Positions 39,859-49,700 of a DNA stretch of 64,000 nt are shown piece after piece. Origin of the DNA: Polyangiales bacterium (GTDB lineage Bacteria > Myxococcota_A > Polyangia > Polyangiales > Polyangiaceae); the NCBI GenBank assembly GCA_038231275.1, contig JBBRLQ010000007.1, positions 192,001 through 256,000 on the forward strand, given 5' to 3'. Position 1 is the first letter of the stretch. Each line of letters begins with the position of its first letter. Position numbers and translations under genes: made by a program. The notes below the pieces were generated by a model that was not told where the DNA came from, did not search any database, and worked only from the letters and a program-made list of their open reading frames with translations.

Positions 39859-42480
39859 TCAGGCCGACGTGAGGTAGTGCGCGAGCTTCGCCTCGATCGT
39901 CTTCACGGCGTCGCTGGTCGCGTAGCTCTCGGGGAGCGTCAGCTTTCCGTCCGCGCGGCCGGTGTAGCCCTGGTCGTGGAAGGCCTGGTAGGCGGTCTCG
40001 AAGACCGGGCGGCTCACGCTCTCGCGCTGCTCGATCTCGCCGGCGAGGAACATCCGCTCGCCGGCGGTGATCGCGCGCTTGGTCAGCTCCTTCAGCAGGA
40101 GCGGGCCGCGGAGGAGCGACGCGAGGGCCCGGGCGGCGACCCGGTAGCCCTCCACGAAATTGCGGACCATCCGCGCGTAGAGCACGACCTGCTCGCGGCC
40201 GTCCTCGCACGCGATCGCGATCGCGTCGCCGGCGCGCGAGAGCTCGCCGTCCCTGACCATCGCGTCGAGCGTCTCGTCGAAGATCTGCTCGAAGCTCGCG
40301 TCGGCGCGGAACTGGAACTCGTACTTGAAGAGGCGTGAGAGGGCGCGGACGCGCTCGCGCAGCACGTCGAAGTCGACTGGTGCAGTCGACGACAAGAGCG
40401 CCGTCGCGACCATCGCGCGCGAGACGAAGAAGTGAAGGACGATGTTCTTCGAGAGATCGAGCGACAGGCGCGCCTCGTCGGGGACCACGTACAGCGCGTT
40501 CGGTCCGGGACGCGCCGTCTTGTCGCGCGAGGAGAGCGCTTGGCCGGGGCGGTGCACCTCGAGGTGGCCGGCGCGCGCGAAGAGCTCGCACGCCTCGCGG
40601 ATCGCTTCGGTGCGAATGTCGCCGGGCCCGGAGCCCTCGAGCGACGGGCTGAAGCGCGCGCCAAAGCGACGCAGCGTGCGGGCCAATCGCTCGCACGCGC
40701 GCACGAGATCGCCGTGCGAGAGCCCGCGCTTTCCGTGCGTGAGCAGCGCGGTGGCGACGAGCGCGCTCGGGGTCACCGCCGTCACGCGGTTGATCTCGTT
40801 CATCACGCGGTACGCAAGACGCGTCACCACCGCGCGCCGCCGCGCCGGCGTCATCTTCGCGAGCGACTCGGGCCCCGCCGACGCGTCGAACTCGCGGAGC
40901 ACCTGCTCGAGGGTCAGCAGCTCGCCGACCTGCACGTTGAGGCGTCCGTAGCGCTCGGCGATGAGCTCGGCGCTCTTGAGGAAGCCGCGCACGTCCTCCT
41001 TTTTCTTCTCGCCTCCCGTGAGCTCCGCGACGAACGCGCGCTCCTCGACCAGGCGCTCGTAGCCGATCGAGATCGGCACGAAGTACACCTTGCGCCCCAC
41101 CGCGCCGAGCACCGCGTCGACGACCATCGACAAGAGCCCCACCTTCGGCGCGAGCAGCTTGCCAGTGCGCGATCGGCCTCCTTCGAGGAAGAACTCGACC
41201 GGCCAGCCGTCCTTGATGAGGCGCCGCACGTACGCGTCGACGACTGCGCCGTACAGCCGATCGCCGCTGAAGCTGCGGCGGATGTAGAAGGCGCCGGCCT
41301 TTCGGAGGATCGCGCCGACCGGGAAAAAATTCAGGTTGTCACCGGCCGCGGCGATCGGGAGCGGCAGGTGGTGGTGATAAAAGATGTACGTGAGGACGAT
41401 GTAGTCGAAGTGCGACTTGTGGCTCGGGAGCAGGATGAGCGTCGCGTCCTTGGACGCCTCGCGTAGGCGCGCGATGCCGGCCTGATCGATCTCCATGCCG
41501 GAGTACATGCGCGGGACGATGGCCTCGAATGCCTTGTCGAGCGCGGCGATCGCGTTGGTGTCGGGCGCCGCCTCCATCTCGAGGAGCATGCCGCGCGCGC
41601 GCTCGGTCAGCGTGCGGCGTTCGGCGAGGCCCTCGCCGGCCATGTCGACGATGATCTTGTGGAGCTTCGGGCTGCGGAGCACCTCGTCGCGGAGCCGATC
41701 GGATGGCTTCTTCGTGGGCCCCAGCACTGCACGCCGCTCGCGCTCGAGGCGGCGCAAGAGGACGTACATGAGCCGCCGCACGAGCACGTCGTCGGGCGGT
41801 CGCGCGCCGCCGTTCGTCTCGGCCTCGAGGAACGCGCGCAGATCGACCGCCTCGCCCGCGCGGAGCGTCACGTGCCGGTAGTTCGCGAGGAACTGCGCGA
41901 CCGTACGAATTTTTCCCGGCCACTCGCGGGGACCCAGCACCGCGTCGACGACATCGCGCTGCGCATTGTCCTGCGCCTTGGACCACACGAACACCTGTGG
42001 CACGAGGAGGATCGGCGCCTTGCTCTGCCGTTGCGCCTCGAACAGAGTGCGGATGAACGGATCGCCCTCGCTCTTGCCGCGCCCTGCCGCGGCGGGCTCG
42101 AGCAGCGTCGGCGGCCGCTTCAAGAAGAGGACCGCCGAGCTGCCCTCGGTCACCGCGCGCGTCAGGTCGCGTGCGTCATCCGCCTCCCGACGCGGTTTCA
42201 TTGCCTGCAGCCATCCGCGGCCCATCGGCTCCAAGATCCACAGCCCGAGATCGTTGGCGAAGCGGACCTGCGGGAGGTGCAGGCGCTTCGTCAGGTGGTC
42301 GAGCGCGAGGAAGTCGACGAACGACAGGTTGCGCATGACGTACACGACGGTCCCGCGCCGATCGGCGGCGCGTACCTGGCTCGCCCACGCCTCGTCGATC
42401 GCGATGTGATCGAAGAAGCGCTGGTAGACCCACGCGAGCAGCGGGTTGGGCTCGTAGGAGACGAGGGGCCGTTCGGACAT
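39859..42480 (-). CDS. plsB: Glycerol-3-phosphate acyltransferase
   Basis: SHKSHFD (HxxxxD), AAGDNL, GAFYIRR, FFLEGGRSRTGK. Confidence 0.9.
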   Translation of the reverse strand: MSERPLVSYEPNPLLAWVYQRFFDHIAIDEAWASQVRAADRRGTVVYVMRNLSFVDFLALDHLTKRLHLPQVRFANDLGLWILEPMGRGWLQAMKPRREADDARDLTRAVTEGSSAVLFLKRPPTLLEPAAAGRGKSEGDPFIRTLFEAQRQSKAPILLVPQVFVWSKAQDNAQRDVVDAVLGPREWPGKIRTVAQFLANYRHVTLRAGEAVDLRAFLEAETNGGARPPDDVLVRRLMYVLLRRLERERRAVLGPTKKPSDRLRDEVLRSPKLHKIIVDMAGEGLAERRTLTERARGMLLEMEAAPDTNAIAALDKAFEAIVPRMYSGMEIDQAGIARLREASKDATLILLPSHKSHFDYIVLTYIFYHHHLPLPIAAAGDNLNFFPVGAILRKAGAFYIRRSFSGDRLYGAVVDAYVRRLIKDGWPVEFFLEGGRSRTGKLLAPKVGLLSMVVDAVLGAVGRKVYFVPISIGYERLVEERAFVAELTGGEKKKEDVRGFLKSAELIAERYGRLNVQVGELLTLEQVLREFDASAGPESLAKMTPARRRAVVTRLAYRVMNEINRVTAVTPSALVATALLTHGKRGLSHGDLVRACERLARTLRRFGARFSPSLEGSGPGDIRTEAIREACELFARAGHLEVHRPGQALSSRDKTARPGPNALYVVPDEARLSLDLSKNIVLHFFVSRAMVATALLSSTAPVDFDVLRERVRALSRLFKYEFQFRADASFEQIFDETLDAMVRDGELSRAGDAIAIACEDGREQVVLYARMVRNFVEGYRVAARALASLLRGPLLLKELTKRAITAGERMFLAGEIEQRESVSRPVFETAYQAFHDQGYTGRADGKLTLPESYATSDAVKTIEAKLAHYLTSA

Positions 42481-42535
42481 CGTGCGCGCACGATTCCTAC
42501 CACATCGGGACCGTTCGAGGCCGGCCGGGCCGGGC

Positions 42536-43186
42536 TCAGCGTCGCGCGGCGGCGTCGATGCGCCTCACCGCGTCCGAGACCCGTGCGGCGTAGCCGATGC
42601 GATCTGGGCGATCGGTCAGAACGACGTCACCGCGGCGATCGATGACGAGCGTGGTGAACGTGCCGATGCCGAGCGGGTTCACGAGCGCCGCGCCGTCGGG
42701 ATCGAGGACGAGGTTCTGCTCGACGCCGTATTGCTTCGCCCACTCCACGGTGGCGTTCGAGTACGCGACGTTCACGACCGGCGCGTCGACGCCGAAGCCG
42801 CCGCTCGTATGCACGGCGCGGTACGCCTCGAACGCCGGCATGCAGTCGGGGCAACCCTGGAGCCACACGTTGACGATCATCGGCGACGACTGCGGAAGCG
42901 CGACGACGTTGCCGCCCGGACCACGCAGCACCATCTGCCCAACGCGCGCATTCGGTCCGTGCTCACGCGGCGTCGGCCCGCGCGCGACTTCCGGCGGGTG
43001 CGTCACTTGCCAGAGCGCGAGCGCCTCCTCACCAAAGCGCAGCGCCGCCATCCCCGCGACGAAGCTCGCGAGAGAGAGAAGGATCGCGTTACGCCGCCTA
43101 CGATCGGGCGGGATGATCGCGGCGAGCGGCTCCGCCTTTCGATAGGGATCGCGGGGCGCTTGCTCGGAGGTGGGCTCGTCGGCCAT
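42536..43186 (-). CDS. Membrane-anchored TlpA/thioredoxin-like protein
   Basis: TM helix, VNVWLQGCPDC, TTLVIDRRG. Confidence 0.8.
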   Translation of the reverse strand: MADEPTSEQAPRDPYRKAEPLAAIIPPDRRRRNAILLSLASFVAGMAALRFGEEALALWQVTHPPEVARGPTPREHGPNARVGQMVLRGPGGNVVALPQSSPMIVNVWLQGCPDCMPAFEAYRAVHTSGGFGVDAPVVNVAYSNATVEWAKQYGVEQNLVLDPDGAALVNPLGIGTFTTLVIDRRGDVVLTDRPDRIGYAARVSDAVRRIDAAARR

Positions 43187-43288
43187 CCCCTCGAGAATGC
43201 CACGGCCCGCCTCGTCGTGCCTCTTCTCTCACGTGCCTGCGCCCGCGCGCGTGCATGTGCCCGACCACCCACGTCCCCGCCAACTACC

Positions 43289-43888
43289 TCACCCCCCAAA
43301 CGCCTTCTTCGCCACATCGACGAGCCGCTTCGCCGTATCGCTCGTCACCCCTGTCTTCGCATATGGCCACGCGAACGAGAACGCCTGCACGTTGTCGCAC
43401 GACAAGCTCACCAGGATATCGGCCGGCGGCTGCCCGTTCGCCTGATTGATGGAGAACCCGAACTCCGCGAACATGCACCCGCCGTGCTGCGTCGTGAAGT
43501 TGCCGTCGTGGCCGAAGATGTCGATGACCTCGTCCTTCTGGGCGCTGTCGTTCAGATCCATCCACCCGAGGATCCGGAAATTGTGGAAGCGCGCGACGTC
43601 GGGCTGCGCGACCGGCGCCGGCGTTCCGCCCGGCAAAAGCCCCGGCGGGAGGAGGCCCGGCGGCAGCATCTGCGCGCCCGCGCTCAGCCACTGCTGGATC
43701 TGCGGCGGGAGCATCGTCGCGGCCGGCATCGCAGCGGTCGCCGGAGGCGGCTCGTAGTTCTGGAGGCGTAGGATGCGGATCGGCTGCCCCTTCATCTGAT
43801 CGAAGGGGGCCGCGAGACTGCCGCCGCACCCCTCCGCAAAGACGAGGAGCGCGATCGCGAACGGAGCGACTTTCAGCGAGGGGTGCAT
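43289..43888 (-). CDS. Hypothetical lipoprotein
   Basis: Signal peptide ending EGC; Pro-rich insert; GCMF...SLSC. Confidence 0.7.
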   Translation of the reverse strand: MHPSLKVAPFAIALLVFAEGCGGSLAAPFDQMKGQPIRILRLQNYEPPPATAAMPAATMLPPQIQQWLSAGAQMLPPGLLPPGLLPGGTPAPVAQPDVARFHNFRILGWMDLNDSAQKDEVIDIFGHDGNFTTQHGGCMFAEFGFSINQANGQPPADILVSLSCDNVQAFSFAWPYAKTGVTSDTAKRLVDVAKKAFGG

Positions 43889-43926
43889 GTCCGCCACGTT
43901 ACCTCTCTGATAAAGAGGAGTCACCC

Positions 43927-45555
43927 ATGACCGACGCCGCCGAGGTCACCGTCGCGCTCGAACGCCTGTACGCGATCGCGCACGAGCGTGTGCGGGCGCG
44001 GGTCACGGTGAACGGCAAAATCGCGGGCGACAAGCTCGACCATGAGCAGCTCGCCGCGCACGCCGTCGCCTACCTCGCCACCGAGCTCGAGGCGGCGCGC
44101 CAAATCCAGGGATGGGTCGTCCGCGCGCGCGCCGAAGGCGGCGGAGAACACGAGGCGCGCATCGCGAACGCGTACGTCGCCGAGCTCGCGCGCGAGCTGC
44201 GCGGCGGGGTCAACCTCGGCCAGACCGAGACGATCGCGCTCGCCGAGCTCGGCGTCACCGACGAAGAGGTCGCGAAGACGATCGGCGCACACGCGATCTC
44301 GGCGTGGATCACGACGCACGCGTCCGCCGCCGCGTGGATGGAGATCGCGCGCGGCGCCAAGGAGAGCGGCGGCGGCGTGCTCGGCCTCGGCGACGAGACG
44401 CTCTCCGCGTCGCAGAAAGAGTTCCGCAAGTTCACCGATCGCGAGGTCATCCCGATCGCGCAGGAGATCCACCGAAAGGACGTCCTCGTCCCCATCGAGC
44501 TCCTCCACAAGATGAGCGAGATGGGCGTCTTCGGGCTGACCATCCCCGAGGAGTACGGCGGCCTCGGCCTCGGCAAGATCGCGATGTGCGTCGTCACCGA
44601 GGAGCTGTCGCGCGGCTACATCGGCGTAGGCTCGCTGGGCACGCGCGCGGAGATCGCGGCGGAGCTGATCCTCGGCGGCGGCACCGACGCGCAGAAGAAG
44701 GAGTGGCTCCCCAAGCTCGCGTCGGGCGAGGTGCTCCCCACCGCGGTCTTCACCGAGCCGAACAACGGCAGCGACCTTGCGCACATCCAGGCGCGCGCGA
44801 CGAAGAGCGGCGACACGTGGAGGGTTACTGGCCAGAAGACGTGGATCACGCACGCGTGCCGCGCGGATCTCATGACGCTCCTCGTGCGCACCAAACCCGA
44901 AGAGAAGGGGTATGCCGGCCTCTCGATGTTCCTCGCGAAGAAGACGCGCACCGGCGACCCCGGCGCGCCGGAGTTCGTCGACGCGGGTCTCACCGGCACC
45001 GAGATCAAGGTCCTCGGCTACCGCGGAATGAAGGAGTACGAGCTCTCGTTCGACGGCTTCGCGATCGAGGACGCGGGCCTGCTCGGCGGCGTGGAGGGGC
45101 AGGGCTTCAAGCAGCTCATGGCCACGTTCGAGAGCGCGCGCATCCAAACCGCGGCGCGCGGGGTCGGCATCGCCCAGGCCGCGCTCGAGCAGGCGCTCTC
45201 CTACGCGCAGCAGCGCGTCCAGTTCGGTCGCCCCATCTTCGAGTTCCCGCGCGTCGCGCGAAAAATCGCGCGCATGGTGACGCGCGTGCAGGCCGCCCGT
45301 CAGCTCACCTACTTCGCCGCGAAGATGAAGGACGGCGGCAAGCGCTGCGACCTCGAGGCGGGCATGGCCAAGCTCCTCGCGACCCGCGCCGCGTGGGAGG
45401 CCGCCGACGCGTGCGTGCAGATCCACGGCGGCAACGGCTACGCGGAGGAGTACACGGCGAGCCGCCTCCTCGTCGACGCGCGCGTCCTCTCGATCTTCGA
45501 GGGGGCCAACGAAATTCAGGCGCACGTGATCGCACGGCGCCTCCTGGAGGCATGA
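43927..45555 (+). CDS. mcd: Acyl-CoA dehydrogenase, (2S)-methylsuccinyl-CoA dehydrogenase-like
   Basis: LSRGYIGVGSLGTR, VLPTAVFTEPNNGSDLA, VLGYRGMKEY, FESARIQTAAR, IFEGANEIQA; long N-terminal extension as in Mcd. Confidence 0.75.
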   Translation: MTDAAEVTVALERLYAIAHERVRARVTVNGKIAGDKLDHEQLAAHAVAYLATELEAARQIQGWVVRARAEGGGEHEARIANAYVAELARELRGGVNLGQTETIALAELGVTDEEVAKTIGAHAISAWITTHASAAAWMEIARGAKESGGGVLGLGDETLSASQKEFRKFTDREVIPIAQEIHRKDVLVPIELLHKMSEMGVFGLTIPEEYGGLGLGKIAMCVVTEELSRGYIGVGSLGTRAEIAAELILGGGTDAQKKEWLPKLASGEVLPTAVFTEPNNGSDLAHIQARATKSGDTWRVTGQKTWITHACRADLMTLLVRTKPEEKGYAGLSMFLAKKTRTGDPGAPEFVDAGLTGTEIKVLGYRGMKEYELSFDGFAIEDAGLLGGVEGQGFKQLMATFESARIQTAARGVGIAQAALEQALSYAQQRVQFGRPIFEFPRVARKIARMVTRVQAARQLTYFAAKMKDGGKRCDLEAGMAKLLATRAAWEAADACVQIHGGNGYAEEYTASRLLVDARVLSIFEGANEIQAHVIARRLLEA

Positions 45556-45556
45556 G

Positions 45557-46702
45557 ATGAGCACTCCCGCTTGGAAGTCCCCCAAGTACGGCCGACTCCT
45601 CGACGACTTCGAGGAGGGCGCCACGTACGAGCATCCGTGGGACGTGACGATCGACGGCGGGGCGATGGCGCTCTTCCAGGCGGCCTTCCTCGACGCGGTG
45701 CCGGTCTTCGCGAGCGCACGCTACGCCCGCGAGCTCGGCTTCCGCGATCGCCCGCTCTCGTCGCTCCTCCTCTTGAACCTCGGACTGAGCTTCAGCGTGC
45801 ACGACGTGTCCGAGCAGGCCATCGCGCACCTGGCGTACATCGACGTGAAATTCCCCGAGGCCGCGTACGCCGGCGACACGATCACCGCCGCGAGCACCGT
45901 GCTCGGAAAGAAGCTCGCGCAGAGCGGCGATCGCGGGGTGGTCCACGTGAGGACCATCGTGCGAAACCAGAGCGATCAGGTCGTCTGCTCCTTCGAGCGG
46001 AAGGCGCTCGTGCGCGCGGGAGGCAACGTGGTCGGCCGTCCGCCGTCGCCGTACGACGTCGCGATCTCTCCGAGCGGCGCGCCGTCGCGTCGCAGCATCC
46101 CGCCGTCCTCGCACATCCCTCCCGAGCTGCGCGAGTATTTACGCGTGCCGAAGCGCCGCGCGGGATTCTCGGGCTTCGCGCGCGACTTCGAGGTTGGGGA
46201 CGTCTTCGCGCACGCGATCGGCCGCACCGTGAGCGAGGCGGAGCACATGCAGCTCACCTTCCTCGTTCGCAACTCGCACCCGCTCCACTACGACGAGGAG
46301 TATTGCAAAGCGCCGGGCGCGAGCTTCGCGGGCACGCGCGTCGTGTACGGCGGTCTCGTCTTCGCGTGGATCGCGTCGCTCGCGAGCCGCGACACCTGCG
46401 GCAACGTGGTGTGGGACCTCGGCTACGACAAGGGTGCGCACCCGAGCGGTGTCGTCGCGGGAGATACACTCTTCGCCGCGAGCAAGGTCCTCTCGAAGGA
46501 GCCGCACGATGCCCACTCGTCGCGCGTCACGTTCCGCCTCGTCGGAACGAAGAACACGCCTGCGTCGTCGCTCCTCGAACGCGGCCGCGCGGACGATCTC
46601 TTCACCGCGGAGCTGGGCAAGACCGACGACGCGCGGAAGGTGAAGGAGAAGGTCTTCGAGATCGACCGCACCGTGCTGATGCTCAACCAGGCGGCGGTGT
46701 AG
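45557..46702 (+). CDS. mch: Double-MaoC hydratase, mesaconyl-CoA (2-methylfumaryl-CoA) hydratase-like
   Basis: Two hot-dog domains (GRLLDDFEEG..DVSEQAIAHLAY; DFEVGD..H..GRTVSEAEH...NSHPLH...VYGG); coupled to mcd. Confidence 0.7.
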   Translation: MSTPAWKSPKYGRLLDDFEEGATYEHPWDVTIDGGAMALFQAAFLDAVPVFASARYARELGFRDRPLSSLLLLNLGLSFSVHDVSEQAIAHLAYIDVKFPEAAYAGDTITAASTVLGKKLAQSGDRGVVHVRTIVRNQSDQVVCSFERKALVRAGGNVVGRPPSPYDVAISPSGAPSRRSIPPSSHIPPELREYLRVPKRRAGFSGFARDFEVGDVFAHAIGRTVSEAEHMQLTFLVRNSHPLHYDEEYCKAPGASFAGTRVVYGGLVFAWIASLASRDTCGNVVWDLGYDKGAHPSGVVAGDTLFAASKVLSKEPHDAHSSRVTFRLVGTKNTPASSLLERGRADDLFTAELGKTDDARKVKEKVFEIDRTVLMLNQAAV

Positions 46703-47786
46703 CGAGGCGCGCGGTCGTCTCGGCCGTCGAGAGTGCGTCGACGTTTTCGTGGTAGCCGAGCGCCACGACGTCGCGGTCCTCGCGCGAGATCAGCTTGTCC
46801 AAGCCGACACGCTTCAAGCACGCGCCGGCCACGTCGAGGGCGGAGATGCCCGCGACGAGCGCCGCGCACGCGACCTTCCGTATCCCGCGCGCCTCCGGCA
46901 TGTCCTGCTTGTTGATGGACCCCAGGCTGAAGAGCAGCCGCGAACCGAGGACGATTGCCTCCAGACCCGGCGCCTCGGCGAGGCGTGCAAGCGGCTTCGG
47001 GAGGTACGCGCGGCCGAGGTGCGGCGCGAGGGCCACTGCGTCGGCGCCGCGCAGGAGGCGAAGGCGAACGAAGTCGCGCGCGTCGTCGGGGAACCTGTGC
47101 GTCGTGCGCGCGGCCGGCTGGAACACGACGGGGACGCCGTTCTTCTGGAGCTCGAGGCCCAGGACCTGGCAATTTCCCCGGTAGAACGCGCCAGAGAGGA
47201 CGTACCGCGCGCGCTCGAAGGTCTCACGACGGAACGCGACGTTGTTCGCGTAGAAGTTCCGCGTGCATCCTTCGCCGAGGGGGCTCGGAAAATACATGAA
47301 GTCGATCGTCGTCGCCGCGGTGCCCAGGAGGTCGCCGCGGTAGCACGTGCGACCGGCGACCGCGTGGACCTCCTGATCGTCGAACGGCTCGGTGAGTAGA
47401 GCGAGCCAATCGTTCTCCGGCCAGCAGTCGGCGTCGCCGAAGACGATGACGTCGGCGGTCGTCGCCAAAAATCCGCGATTCTTCGCCTCGTAGTAGCCGG
47501 TCCCCGCGGGCATCGCGACGAACGTGATGCTCCGCGCGGCGGCGCGCATGAGGCGTGCCTGGTCTTCTTCGCGGAGCCCGTCGTGCGTGACGACGAGCTC
47601 GGCGAGCGACGCGAGGCCGGTCGTCTGCGCGCGCAGGTGCACGAACAGCTCCTCGAGGCTCTCGGTGACGCGCAGGAGCGTTTCGCTCCGCTGCGCTTCG
47701 CTCCACTCAGGCGGCCGTCCGTCGGGCGAGCGCGCGGCGCCGTGCAGGTTGTTGGTCTCGAGGACGAGGGACACGGACGAGGTCAT
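46683..47786 (-). CDS. Family 2 glycosyltransferase
   Basis: GYYEAKNRG, VIVFGDADC (DxD), FYANNVAFRR; C-terminal hydrophobic segments. Confidence 0.8.
   Translation of the reverse strand: MTSSVSLVLETNNLHGAARSPDGRPPEWSEAQRSETLLRVTESLEELFVHLRAQTTGLASLAELVVTHDGLREEDQARLMRAAARSITFVAMPAGTGYYEAKNRGFLATTADVIVFGDADCWPENDWLALLTEPFDDQEVHAVAGRTCYRGDLLGTAATTIDFMYFPSPLGEGCTRNFYANNVAFRRETFERARYVLSGAFYRGNCQVLGLELQKNGVPVVFQPAARTTHRFPDDARDFVRLRLLRGADAVALAPHLGRAYLPKPLARLAEAPGLEAIVLGSRLLFSLGSINKQDMPEARGIRKVACAALVAGISALDVAGACLKRVGLDKLISREDRDVVALGYHENVDALSTAETTARLATPPPG
47673..47709. repeat. REP-like mini-hairpin (copy 2, in-frame inside the GT2 gene)
   Basis: Minus strand TGAGTGGAGCGAAGCGCAGCGGAGCGAAACGCTCCTG; shares both ends with 15474-15495. 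Confidence 0.5.
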
Positions 47787-48939
47787 TGGCTTCACGGGAG
47801 GCTCCTTGTTCGGCGAGGGTGACGAGATCGAGGAAGGCGTCCGCCCAGGCGTCGTGGACGTCTTCGGCGGATCCTTCGAGCGCGCGGAGGTGGGTGGCGG
47901 TGACGGCGTCGAGCGCGCGGTCGAGAGCGCCTTCGAGCCCGCCTTCGGTGGCCGTCGACGCGAGAGGGACGGCGGCGAAGGGAGCGCGCGTCCGCGCGAG
48001 GGCGCCGGCGTTACGGAGCTGCTCGGGTTGATCGCCGAGCAGCGCGACGAGCGGCGTCCCGAAGACACGCGCCTGCGCGAGCGCGCCCATTCCAGCGCCC
48101 GACACGAGCACGTCGGCGGCGCGCACGACGCTCGCGAGATCGGGATCGGCCGCGCGCCACCCGGGACGCTCTGCGTAACCCTCGCCGACGGCGTGCACAC
48201 GGAAGCCGCGCCGCGCGAGCGCGCCTTCGAGCGCCGCGGCGACCGCAGGATCGTGGAAATGCGGGTTCAGGTAGACCGCGGCGAGCCGATCGCGCGGCCC
48301 GAGGCCCATCGCCGCGCGCACCTCCGCCGGCGTACGCGAAGGGGAGGGGAGGATCGGCGGGAGCACGATCGCGCGCTCGTCCGCGTGTGCCACCGGATCG
48401 ATCGTGTGCATGATGCACGCAAAGGAAGCGTCGCGCATCCGGCGGAGTGCGCGCTTGTAGAGGCGGTCGAACCACGCCGGCGCGCGGCCCGTGAAGTTCT
48501 CGTGCGCCGCGCTCCAGATGTTGTCGCCGAAGACGTGCACGACGCGCATCCTCGACACGAGCGGCGCGACGAGGAGCGCCGGGTGGAGCGAGTCGCACAC
48601 CACGAAGGCCGCTCCGCGCGCGAAGTGCCGCAAGAAGAGGAGATCGCGGAGGCCGCGCGTCGGGTCGACGTAGTAGCGGAGCACGCAGGCGTCGGTCGCC
48701 GCGCGCGCCATGTCGTGGCACCCCGAGAACGCGACCGCGAAGTGCTCGCTCAGGAGCCGACTCGGCGTGCCCATCGCCGCCAGGAACGCCTGCCCTTCGC
48801 GCGACGTCGTCACCACGTCCACGTCGACCCCGCGCGCGCCGCACAGGCCGCGGACGAGGTGCGCGCGCATCAGGTGACCGCGCGCGTCGGCGAGGGCGAG
48901 GTAGACGATGCGCGGCCGGACAGCGGTTGCACGAGCCAT
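47707..48939 (-). CDS. GT-B-fold glycosyltransferase-like protein
   Basis: YLALADARGHLMRA; ADVLVSGAGMGALAQ...P......DQPEQLRNA. Confidence 0.72.
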   Translation of the reverse strand: MARATAVRPRIVYLALADARGHLMRAHLVRGLCGARGVDVDVVTTSREGQAFLAAMGTPSRLLSEHFAVAFSGCHDMARAATDACVLRYYVDPTRGLRDLLFLRHFARGAAFVVCDSLHPALLVAPLVSRMRVVHVFGDNIWSAAHENFTGRAPAWFDRLYKRALRRMRDASFACIMHTIDPVAHADERAIVLPPILPSPSRTPAEVRAAMGLGPRDRLAAVYLNPHFHDPAVAAALEGALARRGFRVHAVGEGYAERPGWRAADPDLASVVRAADVLVSGAGMGALAQARVFGTPLVALLGDQPEQLRNAGALARTRAPFAAVPLASTATEGGLEGALDRALDAVTATHLRALEGSAEDVHDAWADAFLDLVTLAEQGASREANDLVRVPRPRDQQPARRRALARRTAA

Positions 48940-49589
48940 AGCGACACTCCCAGGGTGAAGAGGACAAGCGCGCCGAGGACGCCGAACGCGCGCTCGATGC
49001 GATCGATGCGGAAGACGAGCATCGCGAGATCGTTCTGCTCCGGCGCCGTCACGAGCCGCCTGAGGGCGCGCTCACAGGCGAGGACGTGGCCGCGCTCGTC
49101 CCGCAGGATCTTCTCGAGCATGGGCAGTGTCAGCGTCGCCTTGCCGCGCGCGCGCAGGACGTCGACGTGCCGGTGGAATACCTTCACGCCCATCTTCTCC
49201 ATCCGCCACGCGATCGCGATCAGCGGAACGAGGAGCCCTGCCCCGAAGCGCGGCTCGCTCTCCTTCGCGAGGCGAGCGAGCCGCCGCATCTTCCAGCGGC
49301 TTATCGGGTCCATCTTCCCGGTCGCCTGCGCGTCGCTGCCCGTCAGGACCCGGATGCGCGCGCGGAGGAGCTCGGCGTGGCGCGCCTCGTCGGCGCGGTG
49401 CTTGGCGAGCCAACGCGTGAGCCACGGCGGCGCGCTCTCCGTCACCGGATCGAGCAAAACAGCGCGCTCGGCGTGCTCCTCTCCTTCGAGGTACACGCGG
49501 AGGATGGCGGCCTCTCCGCGTGGCGTGGCGTGGAGCGCGTGCAGCGCCGGTCGCTTGATCGCTTCGAGGGCCCGGTCTCGGACGTTCAT
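48870..49589 (-). CDS. Ferritin-like di-iron protein with C-terminal TM helix
   Basis: EGEE...DEARH...MEK...DERGH carboxylate di-iron pattern; ATG 49589. Confidence 0.75.
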   Translation of the reverse strand: MNVRDRALEAIKRPALHALHATPRGEAAILRVYLEGEEHAERAVLLDPVTESAPPWLTRWLAKHRADEARHAELLRARIRVLTGSDAQATGKMDPISRWKMRRLARLAKESEPRFGAGLLVPLIAIAWRMEKMGVKVFHRHVDVLRARGKATLTLPMLEKILRDERGHVLACERALRRLVTAPEQNDLAMLVFRIDRIERAFGVLGALVLFTLGVSLWLVQPLSGRASSTSPSPTRAVT

Positions 49590-49630
49590 GAGAGAGAACG
49601 TGCGATCCCCGCTTGAACCGCGCGCGCACG

Positions 49631-49673
49631 GCGCGTGAAAGGTCCTCGGATCGGGTGTGAACGCGGCGTGAAA
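49631..49673 (-). promoter_or_regulatory. 11-bp-phased TTCAC direct repeats (OmpR/PhoB-type box)
   Basis: Minus strand TTTCACGCCGC GTTCACACCCG ATCCGAGGACC TTTCACGCGC; plus-strand GTGAA at 49635, 49657, 49668. Confidence 0.45.
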
Positions 49674-49700
49674 CGCGGCAAAACGTGCTAGGAAACCGGC

